DNA from: Epiperipatus broadwayi
Lineage: Eukaryota; Animalia; Onychophora
DNA length: 64,000 bases
Assembly (NCBI GenBank): GCA_028023455.1
Contig: JAQFVV010000010.1
Coordinates: 10,292,001-10,356,000, forward strand
Reading direction: 5' to 3'
Under the pieces are notes generated by a model. The model searched no databases. It saw only the letters and a program-made list of their open reading frames with translations, and was not told the DNA's origin. This document shows positions 1 through 11,609 of this stretch, piece after piece. Numbering within the stretch: the first letter of the stretch is position 1; every line of letters starts with the position of its first letter. Both the position numbers and the translations under genes were made by a program.

Positions 1-928
1 AGTCTCGGAATATTCTTGGTTTAGATGATCTTGATAAATATTTTTCTCATACTTCTGCATTAAAACATTAAACATCTGCTCTTTCTGTTAGAAAACTCAC
101 TTTTCAATACATATATATAAATATTGGTATAAAAAATAAATTTCCTTTAAATATTTTTTATTGCTAATATTTTATTCTAAAGCAAGTAATGACTTTTTTT
201 TAACCTTAAATTTTTTATAACTTTCATAGATAATTTAAAGATTGTTAAAATCACCCACCTTTAAAAAAGATAATATATATATATATAAATTTTTATCTAT
301 TTCCAAAAATAAACAGATGCTTATAAAAATTTTATACAGAGGCTGTTTTTTTTTTTAAATAAAAAATAATTATATTTTGAAAGTTCTCCAAGTGGTGCTC
401 AAAAACCCATTTTTTTTTTTGTTTTTTTTTAAATTAATGTCTTAATTACATAATCAACCAATTTATAATTTTCATAAAAAACATGACATGTTGTATAAAT
501 ATGCAATAAACATTATAATTACATATTTACTAATTTTATCTAGTGATGAGCAATTAGCATTGGTAAAGCTATTTTTTCATTGTTTAAATTTTAAATGATT
601 TGAATAACTAATCTTATCTTACAGTTAAGATCTCCTAATGTAATGCTTTAGCCTTCCATGTTGATGTGAGAAACTTAAATAATGAATCAATTTTGGAGAT
701 TACTTTAGATAATGAAAAGTTTATAAGCAAACTCAGAATTTATCTGTCTGTCCATCATCATTATTGAACATCAAACTTGTTCCTATTTAATATATGATTG
801 TATCATTTTAAAATTTTATTTTCTAATTTTTTCCACAATATTATATTATTCATCATATCTAATACTTTTCATATATTTTGGCTTATCTTCTCTAAAGCTT
901 TTGTAAAAAGCTAGTATCTGTTTAATGT

Positions 929-1131
929 TTTTCTGAAGGTTTGTGATGATGGTGTGTTCTAGCTGTATTTTTATATTGGACTATTTACATCATCTAATAT
1001 GTGTGTTGAATGTCTTTAGAAAAGTTAAATTTTAGTTAAATATTCCAAATGCATTCAACTGTTAGTAATATCACAGCAAACAGGTTAGTATATGCACTAA
1101 CTGTTAGTAATATCACAGCAAACAGGTTAGT
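929..1131 (-). mobile_element. Family C repeat, 3' tail fragment (no ribozyme part), with internal ~40-bp tandem duplication
   Basis: Matches 47538-47722 and 19790-19920 directly and 6850-6975/20520-20650 in reverse complement; AACTGTTAGTAATATCACAGCAAACAGGTTAGTAT occurs twice. Confidence 0.75.
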
Positions 1132-1196
1132 ATATAATAAATTTATAATTGTGTTATTTTATGTCTTGCTAGAAGTTTTTACTCCAAAATAAGTTA

Positions 1197-1304
1197 TGTC
1201 AAGCGTTGGTGGTCAAGAGGTCAGCACAGCTTCTTTACAAGCAGTTGTCCCGGGTTAACTGGTTCGCTTCCCGGCCAATGCAAAGACACATGAAGAAAAA
1301 AAAA
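1197..1304 (+). mobile_element. tRNA-Gly(TCC)-derived short SINE with A-tail
   Basis: GCGTTGGTGG...CAAGCAGTTGTCCCGGGTT...GGTTCGCTTCCCGGCCAATGCA resembles metazoan tRNA-Gly(TCC); tail GACACATGAAGAAAAA; AAGTTAT repeated on both flanks. Confidence 0.8.
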
Positions 1305-1879
1305 GTTATTAAACATTCTTAATGCATTTTTATTAAATTTACTCTATGGATAATGTCTTTTATGCAGTATTATCAACTTATCCTTCTTTATGCATGGATA
1401 AGATTATAAAAAAATTAAACAAATCCACCTTTCATGTTATTATTACAATGCTTAGTTTATAAAAAGTAATCAATCTTCCAGTTTCAATTGACCAGCAATC
1501 TTCTTCAAAGCTATGTCCTTATAGATTCCACGAATCCAAAATATTTGAATGAAGCTTAAGTTGTAAATTCTTCCAATATATGAACTTTTCTTTTATTCCC
1601 ATATGAAAATTTTTTTTACACTTTTTATAAATTTGCAAATCACTTTTTAATAATATATAAAAAATAAAATTATTGTGAAAACTTGTGAACAAAACTTATG
1701 TAGAAATATGATCAGTATTCATGTATAAAATTCAGAGTTTATAATGTATAAAAGCTAAAAGAAAAGAGAAAACATTTATTGTTTCCTGTAAGTATTGCTA
1801 ATTTATATGTTTATCTCTATATACATAATTATAAAAAACATGTTTAGATATAGATAATATATTCAAGACATATCCTTAA

Positions 1880-2232
1880 AATATACCCAAATATATATTG
1901 GGAGTAACAAGAAGAGATCGAAAATGCAATGTATGGGTAAGAGAACAAACAGGTGTTACTGACCTCATTGAAAAAATTAAAAGATTGAAGTGGAGTTGGG
2001 CTGGACATATTGCTAGAAGAGCTGATATTAGATGGACAATTGAAATCTTAAACTGGATTCCAAGAGATTGTAAAAGACCCAGAAAGAGACCACATGTGAG
2101 ATGGATGGATGAAATAAGAAAGTATGCAGGGGTGATGTGGAAAGAGAAGCTAAAGATCAGAGAAGATGGCTTAAACTTGGAGAGACCTTCATCCTGCAGT
2201 GGATTAATAATGGTTGATGATGATGATGATAT
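1880..2232 (+). mobile_element. RTE-clade LINE, 5'-truncated 3' end (RT C-terminus, ORF 1898-2236)
   Basis: KWSWAGHIARRADIRWT...KRPRKRPHVRWMDEI is the typical RTE C-terminal motif; ends in (GAT)n tail; homologous copies at 8991-9158 and 34755-34915. Confidence 0.85.
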
Positions 2233-2644
2233 GTAACAAAAATAGTTAATTTTACTATAGACAAATGTGTAAATAAATAAATAGATAGTCATCTATATCA
2301 ATGCATAAAGCAAACCAACAACTATTTCATCATTACATAATATTTTAATCAAGAACACGGATCATATCAGGCAAAAACTGAAAATTAACATCAAAATAAT
2401 AATCTAAGTAAAAAGAAAAGCTTTAAATTATATAATTAGTAAGATATGTCTAGCATGATTTCTACTATAATTTAAAGCTTTTCTCTAAATACTGCTATAT
2501 TTTGTATTACATTTCTGAGATAAAGTTCACTGCATTCTTAAAGTTAAAAATAATAATCTATAACCATGCTGAATTTATATTGTTTCTACATCATTATTAT
2601 TCAAACTTTCTGTGAAAAAATAGTTAGTAGAAAATCTCAATACT

Positions 2645-2910
2645 TATAAAAAATAACAAAAATATATATAACAGCTATATAAAATATATATTAATAATTA
2701 TACATAAAAAGCCTTTTTGGCACATATTTTTATGCCCTTATTAAATGTTGAACATCTATTTTAAAAATTCAACATTTAATAAGGGCATAAAATTGTATGT
2801 TGAAAAGATAAGGGCATAAAAACGTGCCAAAAAGGCTTTTTATGGGTAATTATTAATATACATTTTATTAAACTGTTATATATGATATTTTTGTTACTAT
2901 TTTTTATAAT
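2645..2910. repeat. Imperfect fold-back (inverted repeat) element
   Basis: Arms such as CATAAAAAGCCTTTTTGGCAC / GTGCCAAAAAGGCTTTTTATG and GCCCTTATTAAATGTTGAA / TTCAACATTTAATAAGGGC around a centre at ~2760. Confidence 0.7.
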
Positions 2911-3072
2911 TTATATGAAAAAAACAGCATAATGGATTTCCTTTGTTTACATTTTTTATCACATTAGTGTTTTTGTTTAATATGTAGTTACAATGTAATA
3001 ACTACCACATAATCATTATTCTACATAGTTAGCTAATTATAGATCCTGAAATAGTTTTAGTAAATCATTTTA

Positions 3073-3482
3073 AGCCTGCATCCCTCTTCTATTTATTTAA
3101 ATGGATACTGTCCTATACATGAGGGGTCAGAGTGACTTGAGGTCAACATGGGCATAACAACAATATTGGCATCAGCATGGGATTTGGGCATTCTATTAGA
3201 TTTTCGGTGGTATGGATGGATGAAGAGTTGGAAGTTGGAGTAGATTGAAGCCTGTCCATTAAAGTATAAACATTTGCTATCTTAATATAAACTGAGCACT
3301 GATTATATATGTGTGTGGGAGATGATAATCTGACCAATTGATGAGTGTTTGGTTCAGCACGAAATACATATATTGGTAATTATTTATCTTTTCTACATGT
3401 GTGTGATCATGTGTATCAGTATTATGAGATAGTGTGGATACTTGAAGGTTGCTTGAAAGTCTGAGTTCAAATCCCCTACATT
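3073..3482 (+). mobile_element. Family B hammerhead-bearing repeat, near unit-length copy
   Basis: Homologous to 22518-22964; 12-bp TSD TAAATCATTTTA (3061-3072, 3483-3494); HHR at 3333-3377 ACCAA TTGATGA GTGTT..AGCAC GAAA TACATA TA TTGGT (core C3 mutated). Confidence 0.85.
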
Positions 3483-4015
3483 TAAATCATTTTATTATAG
3501 AATTATAAAACAATTGATTACTAGTTGTTCAAAGGATCATGATGTTCTAGAACAGGAAGTGACAGGTTGAGATTAATCAATAGCTTTTAGATATTCAATT
3601 TATACCTCTGTTGCTGTATTTCAACTGCAAAGGCTATTGCAGGTTTCCTTATTCATAATAGTATTCTAATAACTACAATTTTAAAGCTTCAATCAACTAA
3701 AAATAGAAAAGCTGTTCTCCTGTGATTGAAGATTTTACTTTCCAAAAATTGTAATATATTACAGTTTAAATATTTATTGGACAGGTACTATACTTAGTTG
3801 TTATATATGGATGTATTGGAAGATGAAATTAAAAAAAAAGAAACTCATACAAAGTAGCATCTTTTTAAATACCTGTAAAAGCTAAAAATGATACCATAAA
3901 TAAAAGAAATGTGCATATAAACTTAAAGACATATTCACATTTTTTTAAAGAAAATAAATAATAATTATAAACATAAATTTTAAAAATATTTTTTCTACAG
4001 TTTAATTATAAATTT

Positions 4016-4205
4016 ATTAAACGCACATTGATTACGTAAGTAATATTTACTGAGGCTATAACCTCGAGCATATGCGTGTAAAATGCGATAATAGGGACCT
4101 CTACAGGTGTTTAACCACAATAAGCTTGTGGTTAAACACCTGTAGAGGTCCCTACTATCGCATTTTATACGCATATGCTCAAAGTTATAGCCTCAGTAAA
4201 TATTA
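4016..4205. mobile_element. Near-perfect hairpin insertion with 21-bp flanking direct repeat
   Basis: Arms ~4039-4121 / 4127-4208 with loop TAAGC; CTACAGTTTAATT(A/C)TAAATTT at 3995-4015 and 4206-4226; CpGs retained, so probably young. Confidence 0.85.
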
Positions 4206-6179
4206 CTACAGTTTAATTCTAAATTTGTATAATTTTAAAACTTTTTAATATTTCTTAGTGCCTTTAGGCCACTGAGACCTTGCCCTTAAAATATCATCTG
4301 TCTGAGTACTGTTATTCTTGGCGATTCAAAAACTAGAAAACGCTAATCTATAAATTTAAACCTACTTTCTAATAGATTGTAGATTTATGAATACAGTAAT
4401 AAGAAAGCAAAATGGTAACTATAATATCAAAACACTGTTCCGTAATTATTTTTCTTTTAAAAATCAGTCATAATTAAATAGGAATGATTTTTAAACACAC
4501 TATAAACAATTTTCAAATTGTCATTACACTATCGTTATTACTCTGAAGGAACTGAAAAATCAGTAGCAAATAAAAAAAAAAACATGTTTATTTGACATAA
4601 GCATAGGACAGATTAGGATCAGAGCTTTTAAAACTCATCTCAGTTTGATAATACATAAAAACAATTTTCTCACAGTATAATACATTTTTTTAATCTTCAT
4701 CTTTTATCATTTTTATGATATTTAAGCCTGTGTTAGTGCATAGCATATAAACATATATATGTATGTGCAAACACACATATTTGAATACGTGAGATATCTA
4801 AATATAATTAAACTATTTAATTACAAAAATAATATTTAGTAGATAGTTAACTGTTGATTATTTTCCAAGATGTACGCCCACCTAGTAACATTTGCTAAGA
4901 AATGAAAATATTCTAAGGATTTCACAAATGGAGTTGCATATGTATATTATTTGCAATTATTAATACCCCCCCCACACACACACACACAAACACACAATCA
5001 TCATGGTTTTTTTTACCTAAAAATATAGCCAATCATTTTTTATACATTTTTATTAAATGAATATGAGATTTTATTTTTATATAAACTGACAACAGATTAA
5101 TACAGTACAATCTTAGTATTTTTAATAGTTTGAAAAACAAGCAGATTATGAAGTGATTCAAAAATTGCATAATTTTTAATTAAAGATTATCATCATTCTA
5201 TTAGCACTTTTGAAAAATGATATGAGATTAACTTAAGCTCTATCTAGACAGTATAGCTTTTTATTACATAAACTGTAGAAAAGGGAACTTCAATAAGAAT
5301 AGATGAAATATATATTATATAAATTAGTGTGTGTTTATAAATAAGTATATATATATATACAGTGAACATAGAAAGAAAAAAACGAGAGATATAAAGAACT
5401 CGGCTGATAATTTGACAACTGCTTCTCATTTTTCAAAGTTGATTCTAATATGCTAGAATCAACATGTTAGTTTTAAATAGTTCAAAAAAATAGATTGTGT
5501 TCTAAGATTATCAGTCCTCTTTTTTAATTTTTATTTTTCAATCATTTGTGATCGATATATAAGCACATGTGATATTTTATGATGTTCTAAATATAAAATA
5601 GTAAAACAATATTTATTAGAACTGAAAAGCAATAACAAACTAGGATACAAATAGATAATTAATCGGGCTTTCTACAATTTGATAATCTGTAATCCAGATA
5701 TAATTATGAAATAACTAAATTTTTATTATTAATACAATTTACATATTATAAAAGCCAACACAACACTATAAATTACAAATGCACACATTTTAAAATGAAA
5801 TTTAAAAAAATATATTTAAATAAATACTTATAAATTAATAAGAATAAGTAACATGATAATTATATTTTGCTTATTAGTTTTACTTTTTCCTAACAAAAAA
5901 AACTAGTTTTCATATACTGCAAGGTGTAACAAAGTGAAGACTTTTGTAAAGACTTGACAGATAGGGGAGAGGGATGAGATTTACCTTTAAATCAGTTGCC
6001 ATCAAATGTTTGAAGCAAAAAAAAAAAAAAAACTAATCAATTTTTTTTTTTATGTTCAGTTTTTTGATTATATAAAAATATTTTGTTGAATTTGACTTAA
6101 TCCATGAAAATTGTTAATCTAGAAAGACTTGAATTACTAAAGTCATATTAAGATACTGTTCTTACGGTGATATCATATT

Positions 6180-6560
6180 TATAAATAATTATAATAAACC
6201 ACAGAAGTACTTTTAATTAATTTGTTAACTCTCTATAATTGAAAACGATTTAAATTTAGTGAAAGCAAATATAATCATGTCTTATCCCAAGATTCATGAA
6301 TTTTAATAATAGCACATTGTCTATTAATACTATTTTTATGTCAGCAAACAAAATCATCATCAACATATCTTTAAAATTGCAGTTATTGAAAATCTTGTAT
6401 CTAGATATATTTCTGTTTATCAAAATTATCTCCTTAATTTTTTCTTTCCTTGTGAAGAATCTTGGTGTTTTTCAGATTGAAATTGAACGACAACTTAGAT
6501 GTTTTTTCATGATCAAAGAAAACATATGTTATTATTAAATCATCATCACACTTTGTTTTT
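6180..6560. repeat. Diverged ~380-bp dispersed repeat, inverted homologue at ~9920-10270
   Basis: For example TTTTTCATGATCAAAGAAAACA vs TGTCTTCTTTGATCATGTAAAAA, and GAAGAATCTTGGTG vs TACTAAGATTCTTC. Confidence 0.55.
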
Positions 6561-6779
6561 ATATATTTATATAACATTTGATGCTCTTTTAATTTTGACT
6601 CAAGACTTTGATCTATTTATATAGTCTTGCATTTACATAAAATTTGAAATTCAGTATTACTATTTTATTTAAAAGGTATAAAACATTTTGAATTATTTAC
6701 CAAACTACTAACATTAATGAAACATTATATATATATATTTGCCTGAAAGTTTGTAATGGTGGTATATTATTAGATGTGA

Positions 6780-6975
6780 ATATTGTCACTATACATATAG
6801 GCCAGCAACACCTGAAGAAGAGTGGAGAATAATACTCGAAACACTGTGTAATTACTAACCTGTGTTATTACTAACAAGTTGTTTGTATTTGAAAAGTTTA
6901 AATAAAGTTTAAAATTTTCTGTATATTTAACATTCACTTATAGATGATGGAAATACTCCAACATATCACATCTAA
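6780..6975 (+). mobile_element. Family C repeat with decayed PLE-type minimal hammerhead
   Basis: CAACAC CTGAAGA AGAGT GGAGAATAAT ACTC GAAA CACT GTG (6806-6848): core, stem II GAGT/ACTC and stem I CAC/GTG; followed by the family C tail. Confidence 0.65.
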
Positions 6976-7004
6976 CTATATATATATATGTTTTAAAAAA
7001 TTAA

Positions 7005-7392
7005 CTTCAGCATTTGAAACATATGGAATAAATATCTATTTTTTATCATTAACTTTCTGCTCCTTTAAAGTAGTATTTTTTTTTTTTAAATTGCCAAAAG
7101 TATAATAAATTTGTTTAATATTATAACCAAATTCAATCAACTCTTTTATAAATGTTTCAATATTTTGTGATTTATTACTTTCATAACCATATAATTTTTC
7201 ACTGCAAAGCTTTATTCTGTTCTTTTTTAATAGATCATAAAGATTTTTGAACAATCCTTAATAAGTAAAGGTTTTTGTCAATAAATTATACAATTTCTTA
7301 TTGATTCTTTGAGATTTGTTGAAGATAATACTGTTGCCTTTTTTGAAGGTAAATATTACAAAATGTCTAAAAGTTGGCCGATAGGTCTTTCT
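7005..7392 (-). pseudogene. Decayed Penelope-like element fragment (RT C-terminal/linker)
   Basis: Reverse complement aligns with 8450-8740 (e.g. AATATTGAAACATTTA..., TACTACTTTAAAG(G/A)AGCAGAAAGTTAATGAT), which carries PLE motifs. Confidence 0.55.
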
Positions 7393-7514
7393 ATAATTGC
7401 ATAGCAAAGGTAAAATTCTCCATAGAGTAGTGCCACCCTGTGCCAAACAGAGTAATCAATGGATGCCAGAAGGCTTGTGCATAAAATCCCTATCTAGTGC
7501 CTACTCATCCAATA

Positions 7515-7556
7515 TCCCCAGACTAATTTCTGGCTTGTGGCCATCATCAGTGAAGA
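7515..7556 (-). ncRNA. Type I hammerhead ribozyme (family A)
   Basis: Minus strand CTTCA CTGATGA TGGC CACAA GCCA GAAA TTAGTC TGGGG; GUC triplet; stem III has a U-G wobble. Confidence 0.7.
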
Positions 7557-7970
7557 GCCTTGGATCTGAGAGCACTGCACCTAGATCTTAGGATCTAATA
7601 CAACCCTCCAGCAGCCACCTTTTAACTCTACTTTACTACAAAACTATGAGAATGAAATTGAAAACATTGTTATAATCTTCAATCTGAGCTCAATAGCTTA
7701 TATAGTCATATGGGTCTGAACTCAATTCAGCTCCCATACATTTTGGTGTCTTTGGCTCTTAAACAACCATAGCCACCACTATCCTATTAGGAAGGATTAG
7801 TGTTAAACCACTAAACACCACATGATCACCTTCTCTATACCAGCACATAATTGTTGTAAACAAAGGCAAAACTCTCCATACAGTAGTGCCACCCTGTGCC
7901 AAATGGAGTAATCAATGGATGCCAGAAAGCTTGTGCATAAAATTCCTATCTAGTGCCTATTCATCCAATA

Positions 7971-8012
7971 TCCCCAGACTAGTTTCTGGCTTGTGGCCAT
8001 CATCAGTGAGGA
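7971..8012 (-). ncRNA. Type I hammerhead ribozyme (family A), intact
   Basis: Minus strand TCCTCA CTGATGA TGGC CACAA GCCA GAAA CTAGTC TGGGGA; stem I TCCTCA/TGGGGA, stem II TGGC/GCCA, palindromic stem III ACTAGT; predicted cleavage after GUC (between 7977 and 7976). Confidence 0.85.
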
Positions 8013-8231
8013 GCCTTGGATCTGAGAGCACTGCACCTAGATCTTAGGATCTAATGCAACCTCCAGCAGCCACCTGAGTAGGCACTAGATAGGGTTTTTA
8101 TGCACAAGCCTTCTGGCATCCATTAATTACTCTGTTTGGCACAGGGTGGCACTACTGTATGGAAAGTTTTGCCTTTGTTTACAACAATTATGTGCTCCTA
8201 TAGAGAAGGTGATCATGTGATAATTGCATAG

Positions 8232-8963
8232 ATTTGTAATTTTGCTTTGTCTATATATGAGAAAATTTTCAATTGCAATTTTAAAGGTATTAAAATTTTC
8301 AAGAGATATGTTGATGTTTGTGTACATGACGATAGTATAAATAATCTTATAGATTTAAAAAGTTAAATAGTTTGAAATGGATTGTTGAAAAAGAACAGAA
8401 GAAAGCTATTAAATATGTTGATTTATATGTCACAAAAGATAATAGTTTATTAAGTTATAAATTGATAATCAAACCATTGCAAAAAAGAGATTATAATCAA
8501 AAGTGCCAGTTATGCAAAAGATAGTAAGTCTTAGATTTTTTTTTATTTCACAATGAAAGTGATATTTTCATAAATCATAAAATATTGAAACATTTACAAA
8601 AAAGTTGAATAAAGTTGATTGTAATATTAAATAAATTTATTATACTTTATGTCAATTTAAAAAGAAATATACTACTTTAAAGAAGCAGAAAGTTAATGAT
8701 ATAAAGTGAATATCTATTTCACATGTTTCAAATGTTTAAGCTATTTATGTGTATATAGTGATTTATATAATGTTTTATTTTGTATTCCTTAATAAGAATT
8801 AATATTCCATATAATGTTAATAGATTGATAAATAATTCAAAAAATTTTATATTTTTTAAACAAAAAAGTAATATTGTGTATCAAATTTTATATAAATTCA
8901 AGACTTCATGTGTAAGTGAATTGAGGTATAGTCTTAAGAAAAAGTTAAGAGAGCATCAGTTGT
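8232..8963 (+). pseudogene. Decayed Penelope-like element: RT motif C region to GIY-YIG endonuclease
   Basis: FKRYVD at ~8298-8315 (xRYVDD-like), IKYVDLYVTK..LLSYKLIIKP (FLDV...VYRKPT-like), and NIVYQI..SCVSELRYSLKKKLREH (GIY-YIG-like, ORF 8780-8980); frameshifts and stops. Confidence 0.6.
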
Positions 8964-8977
8964 TATATAATCATATA

Positions 8978-9900
8978 TAATTAAGAGAAGAGATTGTAAA
9001 AGACCCAGAAAGAGACCACATGTGAGATAGATGGATGAAATAAGAAAGTGTGCAGGGGTGATGTGGAGAAGAGAAACTAAAGATTGGAGAAGATGGATTA
9101 AACTTGGAAAGACCTTCATCCTGCAGTGGATTGCTAATGGTTGATGATGATGATGATGAATTAAAGAGAAAGGATTTTCACCTTTAATATATGCACTGTC
9201 CTGATCTTATAATAGCTTAACAATGTCACGTTGAGTACTGAGAATACACTCAAACACAAGATAGAGACTTTTAAAGATAAGAATGGCCATCTTATCTTTA
9301 AATCTACATTGTAATTATATAAGCCAATCTAAAATGTCTTAATTTGAGAAGGTGAAGATATTTCTTTATTCATTTTTATATCCATTGTTTTTCATATATT
9401 AACATTCGCAAAATTCTTCTATTTATACATATTTACATTATAAATTATTAGAAACTATGTAATATTCAATATTATTTACTAAGCATAGAGATCATATGTA
9501 ATTAAAGAGAAAGAATTTCCACCTTTCTCTTTAATTACATATGACTCTGTGCTTAACAAGTAATATTGAATATTATATAGTTTTTTAATAATTCATAATA
9601 TTAACACACAAATAATATATGAAAAAAAATAATGGATGTAAAAGTGAATAAAGAAATATCTTCACACTCTCAAACTGACATGCTTTAGATTGGACTGTGT
9701 AATTAGAATATAGGTTTAAAGATAAGACAGTCACTCTTATCTTTAAAAAGTCTCTATTTTGTGTTTGAGTTTGAGAATATCCTCATTCAACATAACATTG
9801 GTGAGCTATTATAAGATGAATGCAATGCATATATTAAAGGTGGAAATCCCTTTTCTATAATTAGATATGATCTCTGCACTTATTACATAATACTGAATAT
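8978..9900. mobile_element. Fold-back insertion of a ~342-bp unit (family D), interrupted by an RTE fragment
   Basis: AATTAAAGAGAAAG..TTT.CACC at ~9159 and ~9500; inverted counterpart 9525-9900; 14-bp TSD TATATAATCATATA at 8964-8977 and 9901-9914. Confidence 0.7.
8991..9158 (+). mobile_element. RTE-clade LINE 3' end
   Basis: Near-identical to 2065-2230 (AAAAGACCCAGAAAGAGACCACATGTGAG...CTGCAGTGGATT); (GAT)n tail; AATTA(A)AGAGAA on both flanks. Confidence 0.85.
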
Positions 9901-10597
9901 TATATAATCATATAAAAATGAAGTGTAATAATGATTTAATATAGCATCTGTCTTCTTTGATCATGTAAAAACCTTCATGAGTTTACTTTATATTTCAATC
10001 TAAAAAATACTAAGATTCTTCATGAGGAGAGACAATAATAAAAGAAAAATTAGGAGGTAATATTGATAAATAAAAGTAAAATAGCTTTAATTAATAGACA
10101 ATATGGTAATATTAAAAGTGATGAATTATGGGATATGACCCAATGATACTTATTTCCACTAAATTTGAATTTAAATGTTTGTCAGTTGAAGATTAAGAAA
10201 TTAAATGAATCAACTTCTGTAGTTTATTATAGTTATTTATAAATATATTATCACCATTATAAGTTATTACTTTTATTATATATATAATTCCACCTTTATT
10301 ATTAAAAGGAAGTTGCCTTGACAATAGGTTGAGATTGTTATTAATATTGGGATTGTCTAAATGATGACTAAAATTTTAATGATTATATATATAAATAACA
10401 TTAAGCAATTGTTTATAATAGTAAATACTATTACAGTAAACAATATACCCTCTCACCTCAGTATTGACAATATTATAAGAAGAAATTGAAATCACTTTTT
10501 ATTGGTTCTCTTTATATGTAAAGAAGATTGTCTTAATACTTAAGACCTCGAGAATATTTATCTTAAACAACAAAAGTATATTTACTGCTACCTATAG

Positions 10598-11058
10598 CAG
10601 CGTTTTTCAACCTTTGGGTCGCGAATATGCACCAAGAAATAAAAACAAAAATATCTGATAGTAAAAATCTTTTTACATTTTAACAAAATGTGTTAAGCTT
10701 TTAAATTAAAAATATGTAGTTTAACTTTAACTCAACTTTTAACTTACAAATTATTTGTTCATTATCAATATTATCAAATTGATCCGAATATATACATATG
10801 TACAATACCGTGCTGATGTAATATCTCTTTTAATTTATATTATATATAGGGTATATGAGCACAGACTTTCACACCACTCTCCACTCTATCTCATAACACT
10901 GATACACTTGAACACATATATGTCGAAAAGATAAATAATCACCAATATACGTATTTCATGCTAAACCAGCAATCATCAGTTTAATTTATATTATAATTTA
11001 TATAATAAACATTTGGGTCGCAGAACTATTTCAATGAAGTCTATTGGGAAAAATGCTA
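10598..11058. mobile_element. Probable hAT (Charlie-like) MITE containing a family B insertion
   Basis: Left end CAGCGTTTTTCAACC, right end TTGGGAAAAATGCTA; subterminal TTTGGGTCGC twice; flanks ACCTATAG / TTCTATAG (6/8 match). Confidence 0.5.
10845..10980 (-). mobile_element. Family B 5'-truncated copy ending inside HHR stem I
   Basis: Minus strand AA CTGATGA TTGCT GGTTT AGCAT GAAA TACGTA TA TTGGT; 15-bp TSD TTAATTTATATTATA (10830-10844, 10981-10995). Confidence 0.85.
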
Positions 11059-11609
11059 TTCTATAGCATTAAACTTTTAAGCAAATCTTGTCTATTAATA
11101 GCAACACATATAAGATAAAATATTCTTAATCAGCAGTCTGCAAAGCAAAGCCCCCTCAGTATTTTTTAAAAGAAAAACTGTAATCATTTGGTTTGCAAAC
11201 ATGGTATCAAATGCTCTAACTACTACATTTTGTTACCATGTATTGTAATATTTAGTACATTGACTTTCATGCTCATAACTAATATATTACTTTACCTTGC
11301 CTATACTTTAGTCATAAATTTTTCAGGAAGACAAAAAAAATTCAGATAATTGATCTTTGGCAATTCAGATATTGAATATTTGTTCAACAAGTGCATATCA
11401 GGATATTCTAATCCTTACTATCAAGCATTCAATTAACTTAGAGAATAATATTTAATTTCTCATAGTCAGTACTATCAATAAAATAGATGCAATGACTTTT
11501 CCTACTATTAATGCTAACTCTATGCTCATCAACACAACTGTGATAGAAAAAACATATCATTTTCTTCTGCCAGAAGTCTATTTAATCTAATTATCTAACC
11601 ACCATCTCT

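Larger units (their letters stand above)
7405..8219. mobile_element. Family A composite: ~1.5 tandem monomers on minus (7405-8075) joined head-to-head to a partial plus copy (8076-8219)
   Basis: Two HHR cores 456 bp apart (CCATCATCAG at 7541 and 7997); 12-bp TSD ATAATTGCATAG at 7393-7404 and 8220-8231. Confidence 0.9.

Noticed and set aside
1203-1282. Functional tRNA genes here and at 19580, 20370 and 23906
   Set aside because: Broken arms or insertions, A-tails and TSDs mark them as SINEs.
1876-2292. 138-aa minus-strand ORF
   Set aside because: It is the antisense shadow of the RTE fragment.
5244-6538. Short I/L/F/Y/K/N-rich ORFs in the track (here and throughout)
   Set aside because: Expected by chance in AT-rich DNA; no motifs or splice support.
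7405-8219. Family A as the pLTR of the flanking Penelope fragments
   Set aside because: The 12-bp TSD ATAATTGCATAG shows it inserted secondarily between them.
9225-9265. Possible hammerhead in family D (CTGAGAATACACTCAAAC)
   Set aside because: The core is incomplete and not matched in the inverted copy.
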